Assembly (NCBI GenBank): GCA_965203445.1
Contig: OZ241883.1
Coordinates: 2,176,001 to 2,240,000 of the forward strand
DNA: 64,000 nucleotides
Direction: 5' to 3'
Source of the DNA: Candidatus Oxydemutator sp.
GTDB lineage: Bacteria > Pseudomonadota > Gammaproteobacteria > Poriferisulfidales > Oxydemutatoraceae
The notes below the pieces were generated by a model. The model was given only the letters and a program-made list of their open reading frames with translations, made no database searches and was not told the DNA's origin. A program made the translations under genes and the position numbers. Positions 1 to 8,555 of this stretch are shown in pieces. Numbering within the stretch: position 1 is the stretch's first letter; every line of letters starts with the position of its first letter.

Positions 1-1
1 T

Positions 2-388
2 TCGGTAAAAACGTCGGTCAGCAGGAGGACCAGCCGCCATGCTGAGATAAAAACTCCAAATTGCACCATCGGTCAGAATGAGAAACGGGACACCCTGATG
101 GGCGGCGTATCTGAACACCTGCTCCTCACCGCCGCCAGTCAAATTGCCAAGTCGCTTGGCCTCGATAAAAACCAGTGGCTGCCCATGCTGCCCATGGCGC
201 TTGATTGCATAATCTACCCGACCACCATCTACGGAAAATTCCTGAGCAAACTGTCCAGGATCGGCATCGTCATAACCCAACTCGCGCAAAATCGGCAAAA
301 TAACTGCTTGCTTGACTTGCGCCTCATTGTCCAACATGCCCGATTTGATGGCCTTCACTGCTTTTTTCAATACGTTCTCTAAAGGCAC
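2..388 (-). CDS. HsdR N-terminal (HSDR_N-type, PD-(D/E)xK) restriction-like nuclease domain protein; partial, runs off the left edge
   Basis: Not in the ORF track. My translation from GTG 388, which follows an AAAGGAGG RBS: MPLENVLKK...DNEAQVKQAVILPILRELGY...QEFSVDGGRVDYAI...PLVFIEAKR...EEQVFRYA...LILTDGAIW, matching the E..D..EAK..Q..Y..LTDG pattern. Confidence 0.8.
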   Translation of the reverse strand, partial: MPLENVLKKAVKAIKSGMLDNEAQVKQAVILPILRELGYDDADPGQFAQEFSVDGGRVDYAIKRHGQHGQPLVFIEAKRLGNLTGGGEEQVFRYAAHQGVPFLILTDGAIWSFYLSMAAGPPADRRFYR

Positions 389-706
389 GGCTCGGCCCCT
401 CCTTTCGTTAATGCTTTTATCGGCGTTTTCAGCGCCGAACATAAATGGAATGCTCTGATATTTTGGGAGAGATTTGACCTGGAAGCAACCATGGCCGCCT
501 TCGCGGTCAGCCGCGGCACTCTGTATACATGGCAATGGCGGGCGGCACCGATGTATAATTCCTCAAAATCCTTGATCCTGCGTCGGCAGGACGCAGGGAC
601 ACCCGTGCGACGGGGCGCGTCGGAAAAAACGCCCGTCCGCATTTCACGAGCGCGAGCACGCAATCTCCGCCGCAAGACGGAACCGACAAAAGGAAGAAAA
701 TTACAG

Positions 707-1048
707 ATGAAACGATTGATCGTCGCAGGCGCGTTGGCCCTGCTCACAGCCGCTTGCGGCAACTCGGAGCCAAAGCCGACGCCGACGCCGCAGATTACCG
801 GCCTTGACAAGGAAGCGGGCACCGTTCGCGTTACGACCCACTCGCGCAGATCCATGAGGAACTGGCGGGAGGCCTGGCGGCAGGACTCCTCCATCGAAGA
901 GATGATAGACGCAAAGGGGCGCGAAGGCTGCGCCCTGCTCCGAAGTCCCGCCACCAGACTCGGCACCAGGTGCGTAAAGTTCGCCGGTTGGAGCCAGTTC
1001 CGCTGCCGCACGAAGGAAGTGCTGTTCGCATGCACGGGCGGCGGATGA
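707..1048 (+). CDS. Small Cys-containing lipoprotein, hypothetical
   Basis: MKRLIVAGALALLTAAC lipobox; four further Cys; followed by a GC hairpin. Confidence 0.7.
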   Translation: MKRLIVAGALALLTAACGNSEPKPTPTPQITGLDKEAGTVRVTTHSRRSMRNWREAWRQDSSIEEMIDAKGREGCALLRSPATRLGTRCVKFAGWSQFRCRTKEVLFACTGGG

Positions 1049-1054
1049 AGGAGC

Positions 1055-1078
1055 GGGACGGCGCGCCAGCGTCGTCCC
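1055..1078 (+). terminator. GC-rich hairpin after the lipoprotein gene, possible terminator
   Basis: GGGACGGCGC-GCCA-GCGTCGTCCC inverted repeat; no clear U-tract. Confidence 0.35.
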
Positions 1079-1093
1079 AATGAAACTGAACCG

Positions 1094-1231
1094 CATGAGG
1101 GAAGGTCAAAGGAAAAATGTAACCCTCTCCCCCTAGGAGAGGGTGGCCAAGGGAGAATGGCCGAAGGCCGGGTGAGGGTGAGAAAGTTCTGCAACGGGCC
1201 CTCACCCCAACCCTCTCCCAGAGGGAGAGGG
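1094..1231. repeat. BoxC-like palindromic repeat pair (CCCTCACCCCAACCCTCTCCC...GGGAGAGGG)
   Basis: Copy at 1199-1231 and inverted copy at 1123-1178; 1094-1150 is also inverted-repeated at 2038-2095. Confidence 0.8.
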
Positions 1232-1300
1232 AGAATGAACGACGGCTCTCTACAATCTCTGGTTCCGCGACAAAAATGAACGAGTCAAGGAACACAAGCA

Positions 1301-1510
1301 ATGCCGATAGTCAAAACAGGGGAAACTCCGACGCCGGAACAGTACCGTGAAATTATCCGTCGCTACACGGCGGGTGGAAAGCAGCGTGCCTCGTTGACCA
1401 GATGGGAACTGAAGCGCTACTGGGCTTATATTCGCCTGGCGGACCCGAACATCTTTGACGGCCTCCCGGAGATTGAGTGGCCCCCAAAGAACATGGACTC
1501 CGGTAAGTAA
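1301..1510 (+). CDS. Hypothetical small protein (69 aa)
   Basis: ATG preceded by AAGGAA; globular-looking composition. Confidence 0.5.
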   Translation: MPIVKTGETPTPEQYREIIRRYTAGGKQRASLTRWELKRYWAYIRLADPNIFDGLPEIEWPPKNMDSGK

Positions 1511-1581
1511 GATCTCCATATTCAGAACGGAATGAGCGATTATTCCCTCGTGGACAAGTATCCTGTTCAAGGCGAGACCTT

Positions 1582-1671
1582 TCAGTCGCGCAGATACTTG
1601 AAATAGAGAATTATCCCGCCGATGATCATCACGATGCTCAGGATCAATGCCGTTATTTCGTATTCGTTCAT
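1582..1671 (-). CDS. 29-aa single-TM small protein MNEYEITALILSIVMIIGGIILYFKYLRD
   Basis: Below the ORF-track cutoff; AAGGAG RBS; starts 3 nt after the stop of the upstream small membrane protein; clean hydrophobic helix. Confidence 0.6.
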   Translation of the reverse strand: MNEYEITALILSIVMIIGGIILYFKYLRD

Positions 1672-1674
1672 TTT

Positions 1675-1896
1675 TCACTCCTTTTGTAGTTCTTGTAATT
1701 CACGTTTGTGGCCTATGCCCACCAGCAACATACCGACGAAATAACAGCTGAGCAACCAGACGATGCTCATGACGAGGCCGGACAACCTGCTCATCTCCCA
1801 ATAGGATTGAACAAACAGCAACGCGGCCCCGATGTTGCCGAGGGCTATCAAGCCCTTGCCTGCCGCTTTCAGCGGCTCTGCGTAGTATTTTGCCAT
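1675..1896 (-). CDS. Small two-TM membrane protein (73 aa)
   Basis: AAAGGAGG RBS before ATG 1896; two hydrophobic segments. Confidence 0.65.
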   Translation of the reverse strand: MAKYYAEPLKAAGKGLIALGNIGAALLFVQSYWEMSRLSGLVMSIVWLLSCYFVGMLLVGIGHKRELQELQKE

Positions 1897-2037
1897 AGGA
1901 AAACCCTCCTTTGGTCTTCCTTGTAGCACTCGATTCCAAGGCACAGCGCAAGCGCTGGAATGAACGGTACAAAACAGCCGACGAACGGTCATAACGTGGC
2001 TGTGAACCCCCTACTTGCGCGCCCCCATACAGTAACT

Positions 2038-2095
2038 TTGGCCACCTTCTCCCAGGGGGAGAGGGTTACATTTTTTCTGCCCCTTTTCCCTCATG
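2038..2095. repeat. Inverted copy of 1094-1150, containing a BoxC-like hairpin
   Basis: The reverse-complement core AAAAATGTAACCCTCTCCCCCT(G/A)GGAGA(A/G)GGTGGCCAA matches the left copy with 2 mismatches. Confidence 0.85.
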
Positions 2096-2125
2096 AGGGC
2101 TGACGCCGGTATCTTGACAACCTCC

Positions 2126-3364
2126 CTATTCCCTTCCGGCGAGGTATTCCAGCCAGCGCGTCGCGTCGTTTTTTGTTGATTGGAAGCCTAAGCAATAATC
2201 GAACTCGGCCTTGGCCTCGGCGGTGCGTTTGCGTTTGGCCAGGACGATGCCGTGCAGCAGGCGGGCGCCGGGTTCGTCGTCAAGGCCGCCTCTCTCCAAC
2301 GCTTGTTCGAGTGACTGGTGGGCGCGCGGCCAGTCCTCGTCCTCGACCCACAGGCGCGCCAGGCGCAGGAACAGTTCGCCGTCGTCCGCGCGTTGCGCGG
2401 CTTTTTGCAGCGGCGCGATTGCGCGCGCGTGTTCGCGCGCGTTGATCCAGGCCGAGGCCAGCAGTTCGTAATTGTCGGTCGTGGCCTCGATGACGTCGTC
2501 GTCCATGCCGCGCGTGAGCAGGCGCGCGGCTTTGTGCGGAAACTCATGGTACAGATACAGCCGCGCCAAGCGCAGCACGTCGTCGCCTTCGCGCAGCAGG
2601 CCGCGCCGGTAGCCCAATTCGCTCGCAACCAGCGCCTGCTCCTCGTCGTCCATCGAAAGCGACGCCGCGACCAGTTGGCGCCAGTAGATCGCCTTTGTCG
2701 GAAACAGCCGGATCATTTCGGCAAGCAATTCGCGCGCGCGCGCCCAGCGTTCGAGTTGCAGGTTCAGGCCCGACGCCAGCACATAGTGGTTCTCGGCCGG
2801 CGCCGGATGGACGCGCAGGCCGCGCTCGGCCCAGTCGAGCGCCTCCTCGTCGCGCCCCGACAGGTGGCGCGCGAACGCCATCGAAAAATACGCCGCGGGC
2901 GGCGGCTCGTCGCCGTCGGCGAACAATGCCTCGAGCAGTCTGGCCGCGGCCTCCGCGCGCTCGAGCGCGAGATAGACTTGGGCCGCGTTGTAACGCAGCT
3001 GGGCCAGGAAGGTGCGCGGCAGGCCGTCGGCTTTCATCGCCGCCTCGAAATGCGCCGCCGCGGCGGCGTAGTCGTCGGTGGCCGACGCAATCGCGCCGAG
3101 TTGCTGCTCGATGACCGCGCGTTCGTACGGATTCAACGAGCGGCGCGCCGCAAAACGTTTCAGTTTGTCGCGCGCGGCCTCATAGTCGCCGGCGTCGGTG
3201 CGCTCGGCGGCGGCGGTGACGACGTCGTATACCTGTTGCGACAGCAGATACGCGGCGCGCACGGGCGACGCCGCGCACGCCGCAAGCAACGCGGTCGCCA
3301 GCAGCGCGCGCCGAAGCGGACGCCTGAGCGGGCACCGAAGCGGACGCCAAAGGGCCGCGCTCAT
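2126..3364 (-). CDS. TPR-repeat periplasmic protein of a TonB2/Ttp-type operon (TtpD-like)
   Basis: Signal peptide, multiple TPR-like helices, start overlaps the tonB stop. Confidence 0.85.
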   Translation of the reverse strand: MSAALWRPLRCPLRRPLRRALLATALLAACAASPVRAAYLLSQQVYDVVTAAAERTDAGDYEAARDKLKRFAARRSLNPYERAVIEQQLGAIASATDDYAAAAAHFEAAMKADGLPRTFLAQLRYNAAQVYLALERAEAAARLLEALFADGDEPPPAAYFSMAFARHLSGRDEEALDWAERGLRVHPAPAENHYVLASGLNLQLERWARARELLAEMIRLFPTKAIYWRQLVAASLSMDDEEQALVASELGYRRGLLREGDDVLRLARLYLYHEFPHKAARLLTRGMDDDVIEATTDNYELLASAWINAREHARAIAPLQKAAQRADDGELFLRLARLWVEDEDWPRAHQSLEQALERGGLDDEPGARLLHGIVLAKRKRTAEAKAEFDYCLGFQSTKNDATRWLEYLAGRE

Positions 3365-3975
3365 TCCTTCAACCGGAACTCGATGACGACGCGCACGCCG
3401 TCGCGGCGCACCGGGCGCCCGTCCTGCATCGGCGGGCGATAGCGCCACTGCGATACCGCGCGCAACGCCGAACGGTTGAAGATCGCCGACGGTTCGGCGT
3501 TCACGACGCGCGGCAGGATGACGCCGCCGTCGCGGTCTATCGTGAACTCGATCTCGACCCAGCCTTCGATGCCGCGGTTGGCCGCGCGTATCGGATAGAT
3601 CGGGCTTACGCGCACCAGCGGCGTGCCGCCGTCGCCGACCGCGAAACCGGACAGGTCGGTGCGAACGTCCGGCAGGCGCGGCAGGCGCGCCGCAATGCCG
3701 GGCACGGCCGCGGCCGGCTTGTCGAACGCGAACTTCGGCGGCGCCGGCGGCGGCGGCTCGGCTTCTTCGGGTTGCGGCGGCGGCGGGCGGCGGTCGCGCC
3801 TGATCTCGGTCTCGTCGCGCGCAACGCGCACGAAATCAACCGCAAAGCGCGGCGGCACCGTCAGCCGCGCGAGACCGTCGCCGTCCACGAGGCGCGCCAT
3901 CAGATAGAACAGGCCGCAGGTTACGACTATCGCCGCCAGCAGCGAGAACGACCAGCGCGCCGCGGCGCTACTCAT
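3361..3975 (-). CDS. tonB: Energy transducer TonB
   Basis: N-terminal TM, Pro-rich linker, C-terminal YP.RA..RGIEG.V...F...WRY.P motif. Confidence 0.92.
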   Translation of the reverse strand: MSSAAARWSFSLLAAIVVTCGLFYLMARLVDGDGLARLTVPPRFAVDFVRVARDETEIRRDRRPPPPQPEEAEPPPPAPPKFAFDKPAAAVPGIAARLPRLPDVRTDLSGFAVGDGGTPLVRVSPIYPIRAANRGIEGWVEIEFTIDRDGGVILPRVVNAEPSAIFNRSALRAVSQWRYRPPMQDGRPVRRDGVRVVIEFRLKE

Positions 3976-4387
3976 CCCGGGTCGCCGCAATCGCGATTTT
4001 TTCGACGCCGGCCATGCGCACCTGGTCGAGCACCTCGACCAGCACGCCGTTGTGCGACGCGCGGTCGGCCAGGATCACGACCGAACCCTGCGGATTCTGC
4101 AAATGCAGCCTCTCGACGTTGGCGCGCACCGCGCGCGGATCCACGTTGCGCTTGTCTATCCAGACGCCGCCGCGCGCGTCTATCGCTATGAGTATCGCGG
4201 CGTGTTCCTGGCGCACCGCCGATTCCGCCGCCGGGCGCGACACTTCGATACCCGCCTCCTTGACGAAGGACGCGGTCACGATAAAGAAGATCAGCAGGAT
4301 GAAGACGACGTCGAGCATCGGCGTCAGGTTGACGTCGACCTCCTCGTCGCTCTGGCGCCGCAATGAGGAACGCTGGCGCACGTTCAC
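3968..4387 (-). CDS. exbD: Biopolymer transport protein ExbD
   Basis: VNLTPMLDVVFILLIFFIVTASF motif; GTG start overlaps the exbB stop. Confidence 0.92.
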   Translation of the reverse strand: MNVRQRSSLRRQSDEEVDVNLTPMLDVVFILLIFFIVTASFVKEAGIEVSRPAAESAVRQEHAAILIAIDARGGVWIDKRNVDPRAVRANVERLHLQNPQGSVVILADRASHNGVLVEVLDQVRMAGVEKIAIAATRDE

Positions 4388-4890
4388 GCAAGACGCTGCT
4401 CGAGGCGTTCGAGCAGGCGTCTCTCCCGGCGCCGCAGATCGGTCGAACAATAAAAGCCGGACAACGCGGCGACCAGTCCGGCCATCGTCGGCAGCGTCGC
4501 CTTCGACACCCCGGCCGCGATCACGCGCGCGTCGCTCGAACCGGTCGCGGCGAGCGCGTCGAAGACCTCGATCATGCCGACCACCGTGCCCAGCAGACCG
4601 AGCAGCAGACTGCCCTTGACCAGCGCGCGTATCAGTCCCAGGCGCCGTTCGTTTTCGATACGGTACTCGGACAGCCGACAGCGCTGTACGGCGCGGCGCC
4701 GCGCCGACGAGGCCTCGGCACAGTCGCCGGGCGCGCGCCGCGCCGCGCTCGCAAAATACCAGTAGCGTTCGGCGATCAACAGCCACATCGCAAACGTAAC
4801 CAGCATCAGGACGGACAATACCGGCCCGCCCAGGGCGAGAAAATCCTGTATCGGCCAGACCACGGTCTCCCAACGCAACGACGACGTCAT
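4384..4890 (-). CDS. exbB: MotA/TolQ/ExbB proton channel protein (short ExbB)
   Basis: LLGLLGTVVGMIEVF...GVSKATLPTMAGL. Confidence 0.9.
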   Translation of the reverse strand: MTSSLRWETVVWPIQDFLALGGPVLSVLMLVTFAMWLLIAERYWYFASAARRAPGDCAEASSARRRAVQRCRLSEYRIENERRLGLIRALVKGSLLLGLLGTVVGMIEVFDALAATGSSDARVIAAGVSKATLPTMAGLVAALSGFYCSTDLRRRERRLLERLEQRLA

Positions 4891-4911
4891 CGCAACCCCT
4901 CAGGCAACCCC

Positions 4912-6354
4912 TCAGGCGACGGCCTCACGGCGCGCACGCAGCGCGACCAGACCGGCGCTCTGCTCCTCGAGAATCTGGCGGATCTCGCGGCTGCGCGCGG
5001 CCGCGAACGTGTGCAGCAGCAGCAGCGGCACCGCGACGATCAGACCGAGCGCCGTCGTCACCAGCGCCTGGCTGATGCCGCCGGCCATCGTGCGCGGATC
5101 GCCGGTGCCGAACAGCGTGATCGCCTGGAACGTCTCGATCATGCCGACGACGGTGCCGAGCAGACCGAGCAGCGGCGCAATCGCGGCCAGCACCTTCAAA
5201 AAGCCCAGGCCGCGCTCCAGCGGCGGCATCTCGCGGATGACCGCGTCGTGCAGACTCAGCTCCAGGCCTTCGGCGTCGGCGTCCGGATGCTCGCGCGCGA
5301 CCGCGAGAACCCGGCCGAGCGGATTCGCGGCGGCCAGTTCGCGCGTATCCTTCTGGCGTCGCACCCTGCGCACCGTGCGCGCCAGCGACGCGATGCGCTC
5401 CAACGCGAGCAGCACGCCGATCAGCCCCAACGCAAGAATCAGGTAGGCGATTACGCCGCCCTGCTCGATGCGCTCGGCCGGCGTCGGTGCGTGCACCAAC
5501 AGCGACAACAACGCGCCGCGCGTCGGGTCCACGGGTGCCGCGACAAAGTCCGAAAGCGCGCTCCCGTCGCCGCTCCCGGTCATGGTCGCGGTCGCGTCCG
5601 CGGCCGCGGCGAGATAGCGCGAACCCGGCTGGTGGGCCAAGTCCGCAAGGCCGCCGGCGCCTTCGAGATATTTCAGAAAACGCCCGCGCGAGAGCGCGGT
5701 GAACGGGCCTATGTGCGTAACCTCGCGCGCCTCGAGACGGCCGTCGGGAAGGACGACCTCGGCTTGAAAACGGTGGCTGCCGCCCTGCAACGCCATGATC
5801 TCGAGCAGCAGGTGCCACAGATAGCGTACGCTTTCGAGATCGGGCAGGCCGTCCGCCTTCGCCAGGCGCGTCAGTTTTTCCTCGGCCTCGCCGTCGGACA
5901 ACACCAGACGGATGAACGAGGCGGCCAAAGCTTCGCGCGTATCGGCGGCGGCGCGCGCGATGACCGCGGACAATTCCTCGAGGTCGCCGGCGCGCTGGTG
6001 GTGCAGGCGCTCCAATTCGAGTATTTTCTCCTCGTTGTCGCCGAAGCTTTTCTCCAGCTCGGCGCTGCGCGCAAGCAATTCGTCGAGACGGTTTCTGGCG
6101 GCGGCCAGTTCGCGCGCCTGCGATTCCTTGTCCGCGGCAAAACGCCGCTCGCGCTCGCGCGCAAGGCGCACGTTCTCGCGGTGGTCGCCGCGAACTTTCT
6201 CAAGCAGCCGCCCGAAAGAGGAGGCCGGCGTTTGCGTCGGCGCCGGCTGCGTCGCTGCGAACGCCGCGCCGGGTGCCGCGGCCAAGACCCATGCGGCCAG
6301 GAGCGGCAAGACCGGCCAGGCCGACAAGGCCGCCAGGACGCCGATGCGTTTCAT
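4912..6354 (-). CDS. Long MotA/TolQ/ExbB-family protein (TtpC-like)
   Basis: Signal peptide, coiled coil, C-terminal APLLGLLGTVVGMIETF...GISQALVTT.LGL. Confidence 0.9.
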   Translation of the reverse strand: MKRIGVLAALSAWPVLPLLAAWVLAAAPGAAFAATQPAPTQTPASSFGRLLEKVRGDHRENVRLARERERRFAADKESQARELAAARNRLDELLARSAELEKSFGDNEEKILELERLHHQRAGDLEELSAVIARAAADTREALAASFIRLVLSDGEAEEKLTRLAKADGLPDLESVRYLWHLLLEIMALQGGSHRFQAEVVLPDGRLEAREVTHIGPFTALSRGRFLKYLEGAGGLADLAHQPGSRYLAAAADATATMTGSGDGSALSDFVAAPVDPTRGALLSLLVHAPTPAERIEQGGVIAYLILALGLIGVLLALERIASLARTVRRVRRQKDTRELAAANPLGRVLAVAREHPDADAEGLELSLHDAVIREMPPLERGLGFLKVLAAIAPLLGLLGTVVGMIETFQAITLFGTGDPRTMAGGISQALVTTALGLIVAVPLLLLHTFAAARSREIRQILEEQSAGLVALRARREAVA

Positions 6355-7238
6355 CCGCCGGCCTCGCCCGCGGCCTGCGGCGCGCCGGCCTGCGGTGCTT
6401 CCATGACGCGCACCGGCAACACCAGCAAACCGGGCGCAATCGTCCCGCGCGCCATGCGCAAACCGCGCCGCACCTCCAGGCGGTAGTCGTCATCCAGCGC
6501 GCGCCACGATCCTTGGCGCGCGTCCCAGATGCCGAGGCGCTCGCCGTCGAGCGTCTGGTAGATCAGGACGTTTCTGCCGACGCGCAGGAAGTCCACAACC
6601 TGACCGTCGGCGGCGTCGAGTTCGCCGCGCCAGGTTTCCAACGTGCGCCCGTAGTCGGCCTCGACGCCGTAGGCCTCAAAGATGCGGCGAAACTTTTCCG
6701 ACACCGGCGGTTCGGAATCGGCCAGCGTCGCGTCCAACCTTTGCATACGCGCGCTTCGTTCCTCGCGCAAAAACGGCGCGTCGAGGCGGATGAACTCCTT
6801 GAGCGAACGTATCATCGTCTCGGCCAGCGGCAGCAGCGCGCGCCCGACGTCGCGCGCGCGCGCGATGCCGTCGCGATAGCGTTCGATGGACTTTTCCTGG
6901 TCGGCGACGAGAGCGTCCAGTTGGCGCACGTACGCCTGCAACGACTCGATCCTGGCATCCAGCGCGCGACGTTCCGCGGCCAAGCGGCGCGCCTCGTCGT
7001 CGAGCCGGTCGACGACGCGCTGCGACGCGGCGCCGCGCTCGACCGTATCGCGCACCACGTCCGACGCCTCGTCGAGAGGGTCGGCCAGAACCGGCGCGGC
7101 GACGGCGACAAGCGCGCTCAGCAACAGCGACGACAGCAGCGAAAGAGGGGAGAATTGGCGCGCCCGGAGAGATTCGAACTCCCGACCGCCTGGTTCGTAG
7201 CCAGGTACTCTATCCAACTGAGCTACGGGCGCTTGCAT
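6351..7238 (-). CDS. DUF3450 (TtpB-like) periplasmic coiled-coil protein; start uncertain because the ORF runs through tRNA-Arg
   Basis: D.PF..EER..R...EKFRRIFEAY.VE..YG...VDFLRVGR..L.YQTLDG signature; first gene of the Ttp operon; the 5' end overlaps the tRNA. Confidence 0.8.
   Translation of the reverse strand: MQAPVAQLDRVPGYEPGGREFESLRARQFSPLSLLSSLLLSALVAVAAPVLADPLDEASDVVRDTVERGAASQRVVDRLDDEARRLAAERRALDARIESLQAYVRQLDALVADQEKSIERYRDGIARARDVGRALLPLAETMIRSLKEFIRLDAPFLREERSARMQRLDATLADSEPPVSEKFRRIFEAYGVEADYGRTLETWRGELDAADGQVVDFLRVGRNVLIYQTLDGERLGIWDARQGSWRALDDDYRLEVRRGLRMARGTIAPGLLVLPVRVMEAPQAGAPQAAGEAGG
7156..7232 (-). tRNA. tRNA-Arg(ACG)
   Basis: GCGCCCGTAGCTCAGTTGGATAGAGTACCTGGCT-ACG-AACCAGGCGGTCGGGAGTTCGAATCTCTCCGGGCGCGCCA; cloverleaf with encoded CCA. 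Confidence 0.97.
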
Positions 7239-7343
7239 CTATATTATAGAGGAGAATCGCACGATGCCGACGGTGCGCGACCCAACTTCTTCGAGCACGG
7301 GCACCTGCATCCATATTATAGAGGAGAATCGCAGGCCGGACGG
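7219..7343 (-). repeat. Imperfect tandem duplication (period 72 bp) of the tRNA promoter and tRNA 5' end; two TATAAT boxes
   Basis: TGCGATTCTCCTCTATAATAT(A/G)GATGCA occurs twice; the upstream copy continues GGTGCCCGTGCTC versus AGCGCCCGTAGCTC. Confidence 0.8.
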
Positions 7344-7409
7344 CCCGAGAGCACGGGATGCTCCCGATACGGGCTGATCCGACCGCGACCTGAGAGACGG
7401 ATCAAACGT

Positions 7410-8555
7410 TCAGGCGATACCGTGCGCCGCGGCGCCGCGCAGCGTTTTCGGCGTCTTGCCGTTGGCCGGGCTGATCGCGCCCGCGGGACAGGCGTCGACA
7501 CAGGAGAAACAGCGTATGCACTCGTGCTCGTCAATGTAGAGCGTGCTGTAATACAGGCCGGGGGTCTCGGTCGGGCTGATGACTTCGTAGCGGTCGGCGC
7601 CGGTGCCGCTGTTGCGGATCAGCCGCGACACCTCGACGATACAGTTCTCGGTGGGCTTGACGAACAGGCATTCGTCGCACAAGACGCAGCGGACGTTGTC
7701 TATCACCGGCGCCGGCGAACCGGCGTCCTCGAACTTGTCGTAGAAGATGTCGCCGCCGGCCATGCCCGCGGCGGTCAGTACCTCGATACCGGCGTCTATC
7801 ATCGGCGGCGGTCCGCAGAAATAGGCCTTGCACCGCCGCAAGTCCACGCGCCCGGTGTCGAGCCAGTGCTTCTTCAGATAGTCGGTAACGAAACCGCGCG
7901 CGCCGTCCCAGCCGCCGCCCGCGGGTTCCTCGGACAGCACCGGAATAAACTCGAAGCTATGCTTCGGGTGCCAGCGCCTGCCGAGCACCGCAAGCTCATC
8001 GAGGCAATACAGATCCTCGCGCGTGCGCGCGCCGTAAAAAAACAGCGCGTCGCGTTCGACGCGCCGGTTGCAGGCGTGCTCGAGGATCGAGAAAATCGCG
8101 CTCATGCCGCTGCCGCCGGCGACGCACAGCATCTTGTCGCAAGACGGATCGAGACCGAACTTGCCGAGCGGGCCGCTCAGCGTGATCGCCTCTCCGATGC
8201 GATCCTTGTCGAACAGCCAACCGGAAAACCGCCCGTTCGGAACCAGGCGTATGAAGAAGGTATATTCGCCGGGTTTTTCGCTTTCGGGGGCGCGCGCGAA
8301 CGAATACGAGCGCGGCTTGTCGAGGCCCTCGACCTTCAGCGTCGCGTACTGTCCGGCCTTGGCGTTCAACGCGCCGGCACCGTCGGCACCGCAGTCCACG
8401 ACCAGCTCACAGGTATCGTGCGTCAGATTTCTGGCGCTCTTGACCGTGCCGTGGCGGATGCCGACGCGACCGCCATAGACGGCCTTGTCGGGCGGCGACG
8501 ACTTGCGCCCCGCAAAGTACTCCGCGGGATCGTGAAAACCGTCGAATTTACTCAT
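7410..8555 (-). CDS. FAD/NAD(P)H-binding FNR-type reductase fused to a C-terminal 4Fe-4S ferredoxin
   Basis: RSYSFA, GRFS, AGGSGMS, YFCGPPPM motifs; C-terminal CVLCDEC and CIRCFSCVDACP; AGGAGG RBS. Confidence 0.88.
   Translation of the reverse strand: MSKFDGFHDPAEYFAGRKSSPPDKAVYGGRVGIRHGTVKSARNLTHDTCELVVDCGADGAGALNAKAGQYATLKVEGLDKPRSYSFARAPESEKPGEYTFFIRLVPNGRFSGWLFDKDRIGEAITLSGPLGKFGLDPSCDKMLCVAGGSGMSAIFSILEHACNRRVERDALFFYGARTREDLYCLDELAVLGRRWHPKHSFEFIPVLSEEPAGGGWDGARGFVTDYLKKHWLDTGRVDLRRCKAYFCGPPPMIDAGIEVLTAAGMAGGDIFYDKFEDAGSPAPVIDNVRCVLCDECLFVKPTENCIVEVSRLIRNSGTGADRYEVISPTETPGLYYSTLYIDEHECIRCFSCVDACPAGAISPANGKTPKTLRGAAAHGIA

Noticed and set aside
1250-1678. 142-aa minus-strand ORF
   Set aside because: Overlaps the better-supported 29-aa TM peptide and the 69-aa plus-strand ORF; no motif.
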